Shown piece by piece: positions 28,785 to 39,625 of a stretch of DNA of 64,000 nucleotides. Origin of the DNA: Burkholderiaceae bacterium (GTDB lineage: Bacteria; Pseudomonadota; Gammaproteobacteria; Burkholderiales; Burkholderiaceae_E). Positions within the stretch are counted from its first letter, which is position 1, and the number at the start of each line of letters is the position of its first letter. Below the pieces are notes generated by a model. That model was not told where the DNA came from and ran no database searches. It saw only the letters and a program-made list of their open reading frames with translations. Where the stretch lies: contig JBIPLJ010000008.1 in NCBI GenBank assembly GCA_044368415.1, forward strand, positions 15,338 to 79,337, given 5' to 3'. Position numbers and translations under genes: made by a program.

Positions 28785-31115
28785 TCAGCGCCGGCGGCAC
28801 TCGATCACACCTTCGACATCTCGGACCGCGATCAGGGTCCGATCCAGCTGCGGGACCGACGGCACCTCGACGGTGAACTGCATCTGCGCCACGCCGACGC
28901 GGCTGAGCGTCTGGACCGCGACGACGTTCAGACGGTCGCGGGCGAAGACATCGGAGACGTCGCGCAGCAGGCCCTGGCGATCGCGTGCACGCAGCACCAC
29001 GTCCACCGGGTAGGCGGCGCGCGGAGCCGCCCCCTTAGCAGGCGCGCCGGCAGACTCCCCGTCGCCCCAGGCGGTCTCGAGCACCCGCTCGGGCGCGCGC
29101 CGCGCCATGTCGGCGAAGCTGCGGCAGCCTGCACGGTGGACCGACACGCCGTGGCCGCGGGTAACGAACCCGACGATGCGATCGGGCGGTGCGGGCCGGC
29201 AGCACCGCGCGAGCTGGGTCATCAGGAAGTCGACGCCGACCACCAGCACGCCGCTGCCGGCCCCTGAGTCGCGGCGCGAGCCGCGCACACCGCGCAGCGC
29301 CGCGCCGTCGGCCTGCAGCGCGGCCGCGCCGTCGGCGGCCGCGGCGCGTGCGACGTCCGACGGCCCGCGGGCGGCTTCGGAGCCGGCGCGGATCGCCTCC
29401 TCGAGCATCCGCGGCCCGAGCTCGTCGCGGCCGACCGCGAAGAACAGCTCTTCGGGGCGCGGGAACCCGAGGCGGCGGGCCAGCTCCTCGTGGGCGAGCG
29501 CCGTGCGGCCCTCGCGCTGCAGCATCTTCTCGACCTTGTCGCGGCCGGCGGACACGTCGTGCTCGAGCTCGAGCGCGTTGAACCACTGGCGAACTTTGGC
29601 GCGCGCCCGCGGGCTGCGCACGTACCCGAGCTGCATGTTCAGCCAGTCGCGCGACGGCCCCTCCGAGCCGCTGCCCGCCCGGGCCGCGACGATCTCGACC
29701 GTCTGGCCGTTGCGCAGCGCCGTGTTGAGCGGAACCATCTGCCCGTCGACCCGCGCGCCGCGGCAGCGGTGACCGAGCAGCGTATGCACGTGATAGGCGA
29801 AGTCGACCGGCGTGGACCCCGCCGGCAGCTCGACCACGCGCGCCTGGGGCGTCAGCAGGTAGATGCGGTCGGCGTCCTCGCCGGTGCCGGTGGCGATGCG
29901 CCCGCCCAGCGTCGCGCCGACCTCCTGCTGCCACATCAGCAGCTGGCGCATCCATTCGACGCGCTCTTCCTGGGCGCCCGCCGGCTTGCCGCCGTCGACG
30001 GCACGACCCTTGGTGCGGCGCACGGCGCCGGACGCCGGGCTGCCGGCCAGTCCGACGGAGGACTCCTTGTAGCGCCAGTGCGAGGCGATGCCGAACTCGG
30101 CGTGCCGGTGCATGTCTCGGGTCCGGATCTGGACCTCGAGCGGCCGCTCGTCCTCGGCGATGACCACCGTGTGCAGCGACTGGTAGCCGTTGGCCTTGGG
30201 CCGCGAGATGTAGTCGTCGAACTCGCGCGGGATCGGCGGCCAGATCTGGTGGACGATGCCGAGCACCGTGTAGCAATCCTTCGCGTCGTCGACCAGCACG
30301 CGGAATGCCCTCAGGTCCTGGACCTCGGAGAAGGACAGCCCCTTGGTTCGCATCTTGTGGTAGATGCTGTGGATGTGCTTGGGCCGGCCGGAGACCTCGG
30401 CGGTGAGGCCCTGGGCGTGCAGCGCCTCGCGCAGGCGCTCTACGGCGGCCCGCACGAAACCTTCGCGCTCGACGCGCCGCTCCTCGAGCTGGCGCGCGAT
30501 GCCCTTGTAGAGATCGGGCTCGAGGAAGCGGAACGCCAAATCCTCGAGCTCCCACTTGAGCTGGCCCAGGCCCAGCCGGTTGGCCAGCGGCGCCAGCACC
30601 TCGAGCGTCTCATGGGCGATGCCGGCCTCGGGCGCATGCCGACTCTCGGCATGCCAGCGCAGCGACTGCAGCCGCGAGGCGAGCCGCAGCAGCACGACCC
30701 GGATGTCGCTCGCCATCGCCAGCGTCATCCGGCGCAGCGTCTCGAGCTGCACGCCCGAACTCGAGGCGTTCGCGCGCAGGGTCAGGTCTTTCAGGCGCAG
30801 CATCTGCCGCATACCGTCGACCAGTGTGCCCACCTCGTCGCCCCAGCGGGCGACAATCTTGTCGAGCGGCACCGCGTCGCCCACGCCGAACAGCACGGCC
30901 GCCACCCGGGTCGGCTCGTCGACGTTGAGGGCCTCGAGGATCGCGAGCGTACCCCGCGCATGGGCGACGATGGGCTCGCCACTGCCGCCCACTGCCCCGC
31001 CCAGGCGCGCCTCGGCGAGCTCGAGCGCCTCGGACACGGCGCTGCCGCCCAGGAGCGGGGCGGCGCCGGCGGTTGCCGGTTCGGCAGCGTGGGGGGCGGG
31101 GTCTGGGGTAGCCAT
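28785..31115 (-). CDS. relA: GTP pyrophosphokinase RelA ((p)ppGpp synthetase I)
   Basis: Synthetase motif NGYQSLHTVVIAEDERPLEVQIRTRDMH. The N-terminal pseudo-hydrolase region has no HD pair. TGS (RIYLLTPQARVVELPAGSTPVDFAY) and a C-terminal ACT-like region are present. Start at MATPDP (ATG 31115). Confidence 0.9.
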   Translation of the reverse strand: MATPDPAPHAAEPATAGAAPLLGGSAVSEALELAEARLGGAVGGSGEPIVAHARGTLAILEALNVDEPTRVAAVLFGVGDAVPLDKIVARWGDEVGTLVDGMRQMLRLKDLTLRANASSSGVQLETLRRMTLAMASDIRVVLLRLASRLQSLRWHAESRHAPEAGIAHETLEVLAPLANRLGLGQLKWELEDLAFRFLEPDLYKGIARQLEERRVEREGFVRAAVERLREALHAQGLTAEVSGRPKHIHSIYHKMRTKGLSFSEVQDLRAFRVLVDDAKDCYTVLGIVHQIWPPIPREFDDYISRPKANGYQSLHTVVIAEDERPLEVQIRTRDMHRHAEFGIASHWRYKESSVGLAGSPASGAVRRTKGRAVDGGKPAGAQEERVEWMRQLLMWQQEVGATLGGRIATGTGEDADRIYLLTPQARVVELPAGSTPVDFAYHVHTLLGHRCRGARVDGQMVPLNTALRNGQTVEIVAARAGSGSEGPSRDWLNMQLGYVRSPRARAKVRQWFNALELEHDVSAGRDKVEKMLQREGRTALAHEELARRLGFPRPEELFFAVGRDELGPRMLEEAIRAGSEAARGPSDVARAAAADGAAALQADGAALRGVRGSRRDSGAGSGVLVVGVDFLMTQLARCCRPAPPDRIVGFVTRGHGVSVHRAGCRSFADMARRAPERVLETAWGDGESAGAPAKGAAPRAAYPVDVVLRARDRQGLLRDVSDVFARDRLNVVAVQTLSRVGVAQMQFTVEVPSVPQLDRTLIAVRDVEGVIECRRR

Positions 31116-31158
31116 GGCGGCGACTCGGGCCCTACGGGGCCGGCGCGAAATCGTAGGC

Positions 31159-31164
31159 ATTATA
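31159..31164 (-). promoter_or_regulatory. Candidate -10 hexamer (TATAAT) for relA
   Basis: Perfect TATAAT on the minus strand, 44 nt upstream of the relA ATG, in an otherwise very GC-rich divergent intergenic region. No convincing -35 box. Confidence 0.3.
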
Positions 31165-31258
31165 GGGGGCGCGCGTACTCGGCCCGCGGGCTTCGGGGTC
31201 TGCGCGCGGCCGCCGGTCCGTCCCGCCCTCCACTCATGCTCCCGTCCCCGCCGCTGCA

Positions 31259-32071
31259 ATGATCTGGCCCCTAGGCCCCCGCCGCGCCCTCGCGATCGAC
31301 GCCGCCGCCTGGCAGTCGCTACAGGCGTCGCTGCCCTACCTGCGCGCGCTCGACGATGCCGAGTCGGCCCGCATGCGAGCACTCATCGCTGCCTTCCTGT
31401 CCGGCAAGACCTTCAGCGGCACCCACGGCCTGGTGCCCGACGATTCGATGCGCTTGACGATCGCAGCTCAGGCCTGCCTGCCGGTGCTGCACATTGGCCT
31501 GGATCCGTACGACGACTTCGTCGAGATCGTGGTCTACCCCTCGGCCTTCGCCGTGCGCCGAAAGGTCACCGACGACGACGGCCTCGTCCACGAGTTCGAC
31601 GACGTGCTGGCCGGCGAGGCGATGGACGGGGGCCCGGTGGTGCTGTCCTGGGACGACGTCGCAGGCACAACGCGCACGCCTACGGCCAACGTCGTGATCC
31701 ACGAATTTGCCCACAAGCTCGACCTAGCCGACGGCGAGGCCGACGGCTGCCCGCCGATGCCGCGCGCGGCCCGCGCCCACTGGCTCGACACGCTGCATGC
31801 GGCCTACCATGCCTTCGTCGACGCGCTCGAGGCGCTCGAGCACGGCCTGCCGCCGGACATGGACCCGGAAGGCGAGGAGGCCGACGTCTGGTACGCCCGG
31901 CTTCCACTCGACCCCTATGCCGCCACCGACGAAGCGGAGTTCTTCGCGGTTGCCGCCGAGGCCTTTTTTGTCGAGCCCGGCCCGCTCGCCGAGGCCTATC
32001 CGGCGCTGTATGCATGCTTCGTCGGGTACTTCCGGCACGACCCGATGTCTCCGGCGCGCGGGCGCGACTGA
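31259..32071 (+). CDS. mtfA: MtfA-family (M90) zinc metallopeptidase
   Basis: ..DDFVEIVVYPSAF.., ..GEAMDGGPVVLSWDDV.. and zinc motif VVIHEFAHKLD; 270 aa. Confidence 0.8.
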   Translation: MIWPLGPRRALAIDAAAWQSLQASLPYLRALDDAESARMRALIAAFLSGKTFSGTHGLVPDDSMRLTIAAQACLPVLHIGLDPYDDFVEIVVYPSAFAVRRKVTDDDGLVHEFDDVLAGEAMDGGPVVLSWDDVAGTTRTPTANVVIHEFAHKLDLADGEADGCPPMPRAARAHWLDTLHAAYHAFVDALEALEHGLPPDMDPEGEEADVWYARLPLDPYAATDEAEFFAVAAEAFFVEPGPLAEAYPALYACFVGYFRHDPMSPARGRD

Positions 32072-32172
32072 CGCGGCCTTGCCACGGACGCAGCCGGCGG
32101 GCCGTCCATGACGTCCGGTCGTGCGGTAGTTCCTTCGGGAGAAGCGGGCGCGCGGGCGAGCATCGTCGCGCC

Positions 32173-33546
32173 ATGGTCCGATTCTTCAACCACTATCTGT
32201 CGATCCGACTCCTGATGCTCTCGGGGCTCGAGGCGCTCGTGCTCTTCCAGTCGGTAGTGCTGGGGTTCGAGTTGCGCATGGCCGAGCCCGGCGGACAGTC
32301 CCCGCTGCTCGAGGCCGCGGCCTTCACCTTCGTGATGCTGATGGCGATGTCGGCGCTGGGCCTCTACCAGACACACGCCGAGCCCTTCCGCACCACCGTG
32401 CACCGGGTGCTGATCGCCTATGGCCTGTCGCTGCTGGTGATCAGCCTGGTGTTCTACCTGGTCCCCGAGACCTACATCGGCCGTGGTGTGCTCGCGTGGA
32501 GCTCGGTGCTCGCGCTGTGCAGCGTACTGATGATCCGCGTGGTGTTTTTCCGCCTGACCGACGTCGGCCTGCCCAAGCGACGCGTCATGGTGTTGGGCAA
32601 CGGCACCGAGGCCGAGGAGGTCATCGAGCATCTGCACCAGCCGACGCAGCGGCACTCGGTGCAGTACGCCGGGCTGTACCCGGTGATGACCGACCGCGAC
32701 GCCGAGGGCCGCGAACGGCCGCTGAACCACGATGCGCTGCTGCGCACCGTAGGCGAGCTCAGGGTCTCCGAGGTGGTCGTCGCCGTCCGCGAGCGCCGCG
32801 GCGGCGTGCTGCCGCTGCGTCAACTGCTCGACTGCAAGCTGCGCGGCGTCCGGGTGATGGGCCTGCAGTCGTTCTACGAGCGCGAGCACGGCGTGCTGCG
32901 CATCGACACGATGCGGGCGAGCTGGATGATCTTCGGCGACGGATTCGACCAAGGCCTGGCGCGCGACGTGGTCAAGCGCTTGTTCGACCTGCTGGTGAGC
33001 CTGGCGTTGCTGCTGGTGACACTGCCGGTGATCGTTCTGGCGATGATTGCCGTCGCGCTGGAGAGCCGTGGCGGCGTTTTCTATCGGCAGGAGCGGGTCG
33101 GCGAGGCCGGCCGGCACTTCAACATCGTCAAGCTGCGCACCATGCGGGTCGACGCCGAGGCCGACGGCACGCCTCGCTGGGCGGGCGTCAACGACTCGCG
33201 GATCACCCGGGTGGGCGCCTTGCTGCGCAAGACGCGGATCGACGAGCTGCCGCAGCTCTGGAACGTGTTCAACGGTCACATGAGCTTCGTCGGGCCGCGT
33301 CCGGAGCGGCCGTTCTTCGTCGAGCAGCTCACCGAACGGATCCCGTTCTACCAGGTCCGGCATTCGGTCAAGCCGGGCATCACAGGCTGGTCGCAGGTTC
33401 GTCATCCGTATGGCGCGTCGATCGAGGACGGCCTGGCGAAGCTGCAGTACGACCTCTACTACGTGAAGAACCATTCGCTCTTCCTCGACCTGCTGATCCT
33501 CGTCGAAACGCTGCAGGTCGTGGTGCTGGGCAAGGGAGCGCGCTGA
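32173..33546 (+). CDS. Polyprenyl-phosphate sugar-1-phosphate transferase (priming enzyme), PEP-CTERM-system-associated EpsB-like type
   Basis: Four to five N-terminal TM helices (MVRFFNHYLSIRLLMLSGLEALVLFQSV..). C-terminal bacterial sugar transferase domain (KRLFDLLVSLALLL.., FNIVKLRTM.., IDELPQLWNVFNGHMSFVGPRPERP.., KPGITGWSQV). Start at ATG 32173; the upstream part of the track ORF is a shadow. Confidence 0.85.
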   Translation: MVRFFNHYLSIRLLMLSGLEALVLFQSVVLGFELRMAEPGGQSPLLEAAAFTFVMLMAMSALGLYQTHAEPFRTTVHRVLIAYGLSLLVISLVFYLVPETYIGRGVLAWSSVLALCSVLMIRVVFFRLTDVGLPKRRVMVLGNGTEAEEVIEHLHQPTQRHSVQYAGLYPVMTDRDAEGRERPLNHDALLRTVGELRVSEVVVAVRERRGGVLPLRQLLDCKLRGVRVMGLQSFYEREHGVLRIDTMRASWMIFGDGFDQGLARDVVKRLFDLLVSLALLLVTLPVIVLAMIAVALESRGGVFYRQERVGEAGRHFNIVKLRTMRVDAEADGTPRWAGVNDSRITRVGALLRKTRIDELPQLWNVFNGHMSFVGPRPERPFFVEQLTERIPFYQVRHSVKPGITGWSQVRHPYGASIEDGLAKLQYDLYYVKNHSLFLDLLILVETLQVVVLGKGAR

Positions 33547-35674
33547 TCGCCCCGCCGCAGGTCGGCTTCGCCGGGTACGCGCTCGCAGCGACCGCGTGGC
33601 TTGGGCTGGCGGTGCTGCTCGGAGCACGCGGCGCCGGCCACGGCGCGGGCCGCTGGCTGCTCGCGGCCGCCGTGCTCGAGGCGGGCTGGGCGTTTGCGCT
33701 GGCAGCCTGGCCGGGCATCCCGGGCGAACCGATGCCGATCGGCGCGGCACTTGCCGAGGCGCTGCGCCCGCTGACCTGGACGCTGATGCTGCTGGCGCTG
33801 TTGCGCGACGGCGTGAAAGCCGTGCGCCCCGGCCCGCCGCGCGCGCCGCGCGCTGCCGACATCCCGCAACGGCCGCGGCAGCGCCACCCTTACATCGTGC
33901 CCGCGCTCGCGGTAGCGCTTGCGCTGGCATCGTTCCAAGGCAACGCCTTCGGCGCAGACGCCGCGCAACCGGGATTGGCAGGGCTGCTGGCAGCGATGCT
34001 CGCGCTCGTCTGCGTCGAGCAGGTGTACATGAACACCGATGTGGCCCACCGGTGGGCGGTCAAGCCGCTGTGCCTGGCACTGGCCGCATCGTTTGCCTTC
34101 GACATCGTGCTGATCGCCGACACGCTACGCACCGGCACGGCGGACGCGGGCGCGTGGGCTGCGCGCGGTTTCGCGCACGCGCTGCTGGTACCGCTGGTGG
34201 CGATCGCGGCGGCCCGCAACCGTGACTGGCAGCTCAAGATCAAGCTCTCGCGCGAGCTGGTGTTCCACGGGACGGCGCTGGTCGGATCGGTGGGATTTGT
34301 ACTCGCCTTCGCGGTGCTCGGCTGGGCGGCGCGCGTCGCCGGGCCGCAGTGGGCCGGGGTGCTGCAGGCGCTGCTGCCCTTTTGCGCGGCGATCGCCGCG
34401 GGCGCGATGCTGTCCTCGAACGGGCTGCGCGCACGGCTGCGGGTCTGGGTGGCGAAGCACTTCTTCTCCTACCGCTACGACTACCGCGACGAGTGGCTTC
34501 GGCTGACGCGGATCGTCTCTGCACCCGGCGCTGAGGCCGGCATCGGCGCCGCGGACGGCTTGGGCGCGCGGGCGCTGCGCGCGCTGTGCGACCTGGTCGA
34601 CAGCCCGGGCGGCACGCTGTGGGTGCAGTCGGCCGACGGCGACTTCGTGCGCGACGCCCACCTCGGCGACGCCCGGCCGGGGCCGCTGCGCGCCGACGAG
34701 CCCGTGCTCGCCTGGCTGCGCACACGCGCATGGATCATCGACATCGACGAATGGCGGCGCACACCGGTCCGCTATGACGGCCTCGCGCTGCCCACGCAGG
34801 TGGCCGGCGACCCGGGCGCCTGGCTGCTCGTGCCGCTGCTCGGGCAGGACACGCTGGCTGCGGTTGCTGTCCTCACGCGGCCGCGCGCCGCGGCGCCCGT
34901 CGACTGGGAGGTCCGCGACATCCTCAAGGCCGCAGGCCGCCAGATCGCCGGCTACCTGGCGCTGCGTGAGGCGGGTGAACGGCTCGCGCAGGCCGGGCGT
35001 TTCGAGTCGTTCAACCGGATGTCTGCCTTCGTCGTGCACGACCTGAAGAACCTCGTTGCGCAGCTCTCGCTGCTGCTGCGCAACGCCTCACGCCACCAGG
35101 CCGACCCGGAGTTCCAGCGCGACATGCTGGAGACGGTGGCCAACGTGGTCGACCGGATGCAGGGCCTGACCCGGCAGCTCGGTGGCGGCGCCCGCACGCA
35201 GCCCCGGCGCACCGACGTGCCGATCGCGGCCGCGCTCGAGGCGGTGGTACACACGTGCCACGGCCGGCGGCCCGCGCCCGCGCTCGAGCCGATGGATGCC
35301 GAGCTGCTCGGACGGCACGTGCTCGCGGACCCCGAGCGGCTCGAGCGCGTCTTCGGCCACCTGCTGCAGAACGCAATCGAGGCAACCCCGCCCGAAGGTC
35401 GCGTCAGCGTGCGTGCGCGGCGCGACGGCGATCACGCACTCGTCGAGGTCGCCGACACCGGCCATGGCATGAGCGAGACCTTCATCGAGACCCGTCTCTT
35501 TCGCCCGTTCGCCTCGACCAAGGGCCACGGGCTGGGCCTGGGCAGCTTCGAGTGCCGCGAGTACCTGCGCGAGGTGGGCGGCCGCGTGGACGTGCGCAGC
35601 ACACCCGAGGCGGGCACCACGGTGACCGTGCGCCTGCCGCTGGTCGGTCTGCGCGCACCGGCGCTGCAGGACGG

Positions 35675-35678
<4 letters not shown>
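33543..35678 (+). CDS. prsK: PEP-CTERM-system sensor histidine kinase PrsK (start codon uncertain)
   Basis: Multi-pass membrane N-terminal half, GAF-like middle (GAWLLVPLLGQDTLAAVAVL). H-box SAFVVHDLKNLVAQLSLLLRNA, N-box HLLQNAIEA, G-boxes VADTGHGM and GHGLGLG. It overlaps the prsR start (ATGATG). No canonical start codon lies near the expected N-terminus (see findings). Confidence 0.8.
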
Positions 35679-37027
<1,349 letters not shown>

Positions 37028-37040
37028 TCCGACACCCGCG

Positions 37041-39473
37041 ATGCCCGCCCGCGCCGTCACGGCCATCCGCGCGACGCGCGCCGATATCCCGGAAGCCGTC
37101 GCCGCGCGTGGCGCCGCCGTCCGGCTGGCAACGGCCGCGGTGCTGGCGCTCGCCATGCTGTCCGGCTGCAGCGAGTCGCCCGAACGGCTGCTGGCCCGTG
37201 CGAAGGCCGCTCGCGACGCACGCGACGATGCCAAGGCCGAGCGGCACCTGAAGGTGCTGCTGCGCCGTACGCCGGACTCGCTCGAGGCGCGATTGTTGCT
37301 CGCCGCCCTACACGCGACCCGCCACGACGCGCCGTCGGCCGCAAAGGAGTGGCAGCGCGCGCTGGAGCTCGGTGCGCGGCCCGAGCGTGCGCTGCCCGGC
37401 TTGGTCGCCGCACGGGTGATGGCGGGCGATGCCGCCGGCGCGCTCGCGGCCTGCGAGACCGCACGGCTCGAATCGCCGGCCGCACGGGGCACGCTCGCGT
37501 ACTGGTGCGGGCGGGCGCACGAGACGCTCGGCCAGCCTGCGCAGGCCGAGCAGGACTGGCAGGCCGCGCTCGCGGACGATCCCGGGAACGTGCTCGCGAG
37601 CGTGGCCCTGCTGCGCCTGCAGGCCGAGCGCGGGGACACCGTCGGCGCCCTCGCCGGGCTCGACGCGATCCTCTCGAACAAGCCCTCGCAGCCCGAGGCC
37701 TGGACGCTCAAGGGCGAGCTCGCGCTCGCCCGAGGCGATACCGCAGTCGCTCGCCAAGCGCTCGAGCGCGCCGTGGACAGCGACGTCGAGGCGCCGCTGG
37801 CGCGCACGCGACTGGTGTCGCTGCTGATCGACCTGGGTGCCAACGAGGACGCGCGTTCACATTTGGTCGTGCTCGAGCGTCTCGCGCCCGGGCAGCCGGC
37901 CGCGCTGCACCTGCGCGCCCGGATCGACCTGAACGAGGGCCGGCTGCAAGCCGCCCGCGACGGCGCGCAGCGCATCCTCGCCACCAACCCGGACTTCCTG
38001 CCGGCCGTGGCGCTCGCCGCGACGGTCGCGCTGCGCGAGGGCGCGCTCGAACAGGCCGAGCGCTATGCCCACCACCTGCTCGACGAGGCCCCCGGCTCGC
38101 TGCAGGGCGCGCGCCTGCTGGCGGCCACGCAGTTGCGCCGCGACGAGCCGGCCCGCGCTCGAGCGACGGCCGACGCGGCCCTCGCCCGCGGCGTGCCGGA
38201 TGCGCCCCTGCTCGGCATCGCCGGCGAGGCGGCGCTGCGCACCGGCGACCTGGCCGCCGCCACCACCTACTTCGAGCAGGCCAGCCGCATCGACCCCGAT
38301 GATCCGACACGACTCACCGGTCTGGGCCTCGCGCGGCTGAGCGCCGGCCAGCAGGCGGCCGGCTTCGAGGCCCTCGAGCAGGCCGCCGAGCGCGAGCGCG
38401 GCTCGACCCGCGCCGACCTCGCGCTGGTCACCGCGCGGCTGCGCGCCGGTCAATTCGGCCTGGCGCAGGCGGCGGTCGACCGGATGATCGCAAAAGAGCC
38501 CGGGGCGCCGCTCGGCCACAACCTGCGCGGCACGGTCCTGCTCGGCCGCGGCGACGTGGCGGGCGCGCGAGCCGCGTTCGACCGTGCGCTCGCCCTCGAC
38601 GCCGCCTTCTTCGCGGCTGCGGCGAACCACGCGCAGCTCGACCTGGCCGAGGGCCGCGCCGATCAGGCCCGCCGGCGCTTCGAGGGCGTGCTAAAGAAGG
38701 ACCCGCGCAATGTCGCCGCACTCAGCGCCCTCGCGAGGATCGCGACGCAGGCCGGCCGCCACGACGAGTCCTCGGCGCTGCTGCAGCGGGCGCACGCCGC
38801 GGATCCGACAGCGCTCGAACCCGCGCTCGCGCTCGCGGCCGAGCGCCTGAAGGCCGGCGGGCCCACGCAGGCGCTCGCGCCGCTGCAAGCCGCCGCCGTG
38901 CGCCACGGCAGCGACCCGCGGCTGCTCGACTTGATGGCGGAGGCCCTGCTGCGCTCCGACCAGGCCCAGCAGGCCCTCGAGGTGCTGGAGCGCCGTGTCC
39001 GCCTCGAGCCACGCTCCGTCGGCCTGCAGATGCAGGTCGGCGCGGTGCGGGCCGTCGCCGGCGACGGGGAAGGCGCGATCGCCGCGCTCAGGCTCGCCGG
39101 CGAGCTCGATGCGGACGCGGCGACGCGGCTGACTGCGCGCGTTGTCTCGACCTTGGGCACGGCGCGGCGCGGCGACACCGAGCGTATGGCGCGCCTGCTG
39201 CGCAGGCAGGCTCCCATGAACCCGATCGGCGCAGCGCTCGAGGCCGACCTGGCCGCCTCCGAGCGGCGCTGGCTCGACGCGGCCGCTGCCTGGCGCGACG
39301 CGATCGCGATCCGGCGCACCGCCTGGCTTTCCGCCCGACTGCACAGTGCGCTACGCGATGCAGGCCGAGCCGACGAGGCGACGGCCGCGCTTCGCGAGGG
39401 GTTGCGGGCGCTGCCTGGCGACACCGAACTCGCCGCCTACGCTGCTTCGGTCGCGACGCCCGCCACACGCTGA
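37041..39473 (+). CDS. prsT: PEP-CTERM-system TPR-repeat lipoprotein PrsT
   Basis: Lipobox LAMLSG-C, followed by about 750 aa of back-to-back TPR-like Ala/Leu/Arg-rich repeats. Sits immediately after prsK-prsR. Confidence 0.8.
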   Translation: MPARAVTAIRATRADIPEAVAARGAAVRLATAAVLALAMLSGCSESPERLLARAKAARDARDDAKAERHLKVLLRRTPDSLEARLLLAALHATRHDAPSAAKEWQRALELGARPERALPGLVAARVMAGDAAGALAACETARLESPAARGTLAYWCGRAHETLGQPAQAEQDWQAALADDPGNVLASVALLRLQAERGDTVGALAGLDAILSNKPSQPEAWTLKGELALARGDTAVARQALERAVDSDVEAPLARTRLVSLLIDLGANEDARSHLVVLERLAPGQPAALHLRARIDLNEGRLQAARDGAQRILATNPDFLPAVALAATVALREGALEQAERYAHHLLDEAPGSLQGARLLAATQLRRDEPARARATADAALARGVPDAPLLGIAGEAALRTGDLAAATTYFEQASRIDPDDPTRLTGLGLARLSAGQQAAGFEALEQAAERERGSTRADLALVTARLRAGQFGLAQAAVDRMIAKEPGAPLGHNLRGTVLLGRGDVAGARAAFDRALALDAAFFAAAANHAQLDLAEGRADQARRRFEGVLKKDPRNVAALSALARIATQAGRHDESSALLQRAHAADPTALEPALALAAERLKAGGPTQALAPLQAAAVRHGSDPRLLDLMAEALLRSDQAQQALEVLERRVRLEPRSVGLQMQVGAVRAVAGDGEGAIAALRLAGELDADAATRLTARVVSTLGTARRGDTERMARLLRRQAPMNPIGAALEADLAASERRWLDAAAAWRDAIAIRRTAWLSARLHSALRDAGRADEATAALREGLRALPGDTELAAYAASVATPATR

Positions 39474-39625
39474 GAGGTCGCGCACCGAGCGAAGAGCGGT
39501 TGGCCACGCTCGAACGGTCCTCGGGCCGGCGCCGAGTGAGTCCGCGAACCCACGAATCGTTCCTTCTCGCTGCAGAATGGCCGCCCTACACTCGGCACTC
39601 CCTGGCTGAAGCGTTTCCCGGCACG

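Noticed and set aside
19915-31115. Both relA and spoT lie within 10 kb of each other.
   Set aside because: Beta- and gammaproteobacteria normally carry both long RSH paralogues. The proximity is mildly unusual, but neither gene shows an unusual feature.
30556-32172. Upstream extension of the 996-aa track ORF, with similar extensions at 32496..33542, 35255..35674, 45718..47214, 47166..47996, 57326..58633 and 58510..59598.
   Set aside because: In each case the extension overlaps a better-supported gene in another frame or strand and is compositionally biased. The recognisable domain starts at an internal start codon that abuts or overlaps the preceding stop.
39585-39600. Sigma-54-like sequence CGGCACTCCCTGGCT upstream of the Sel1-SLT gene.
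   Set aside because: The GG-to-GC spacing is one nucleotide short of the -24/-12 consensus and the -12 element is poor. I did not find a convincing sigma-54 promoter for PrsR anywhere in the window.
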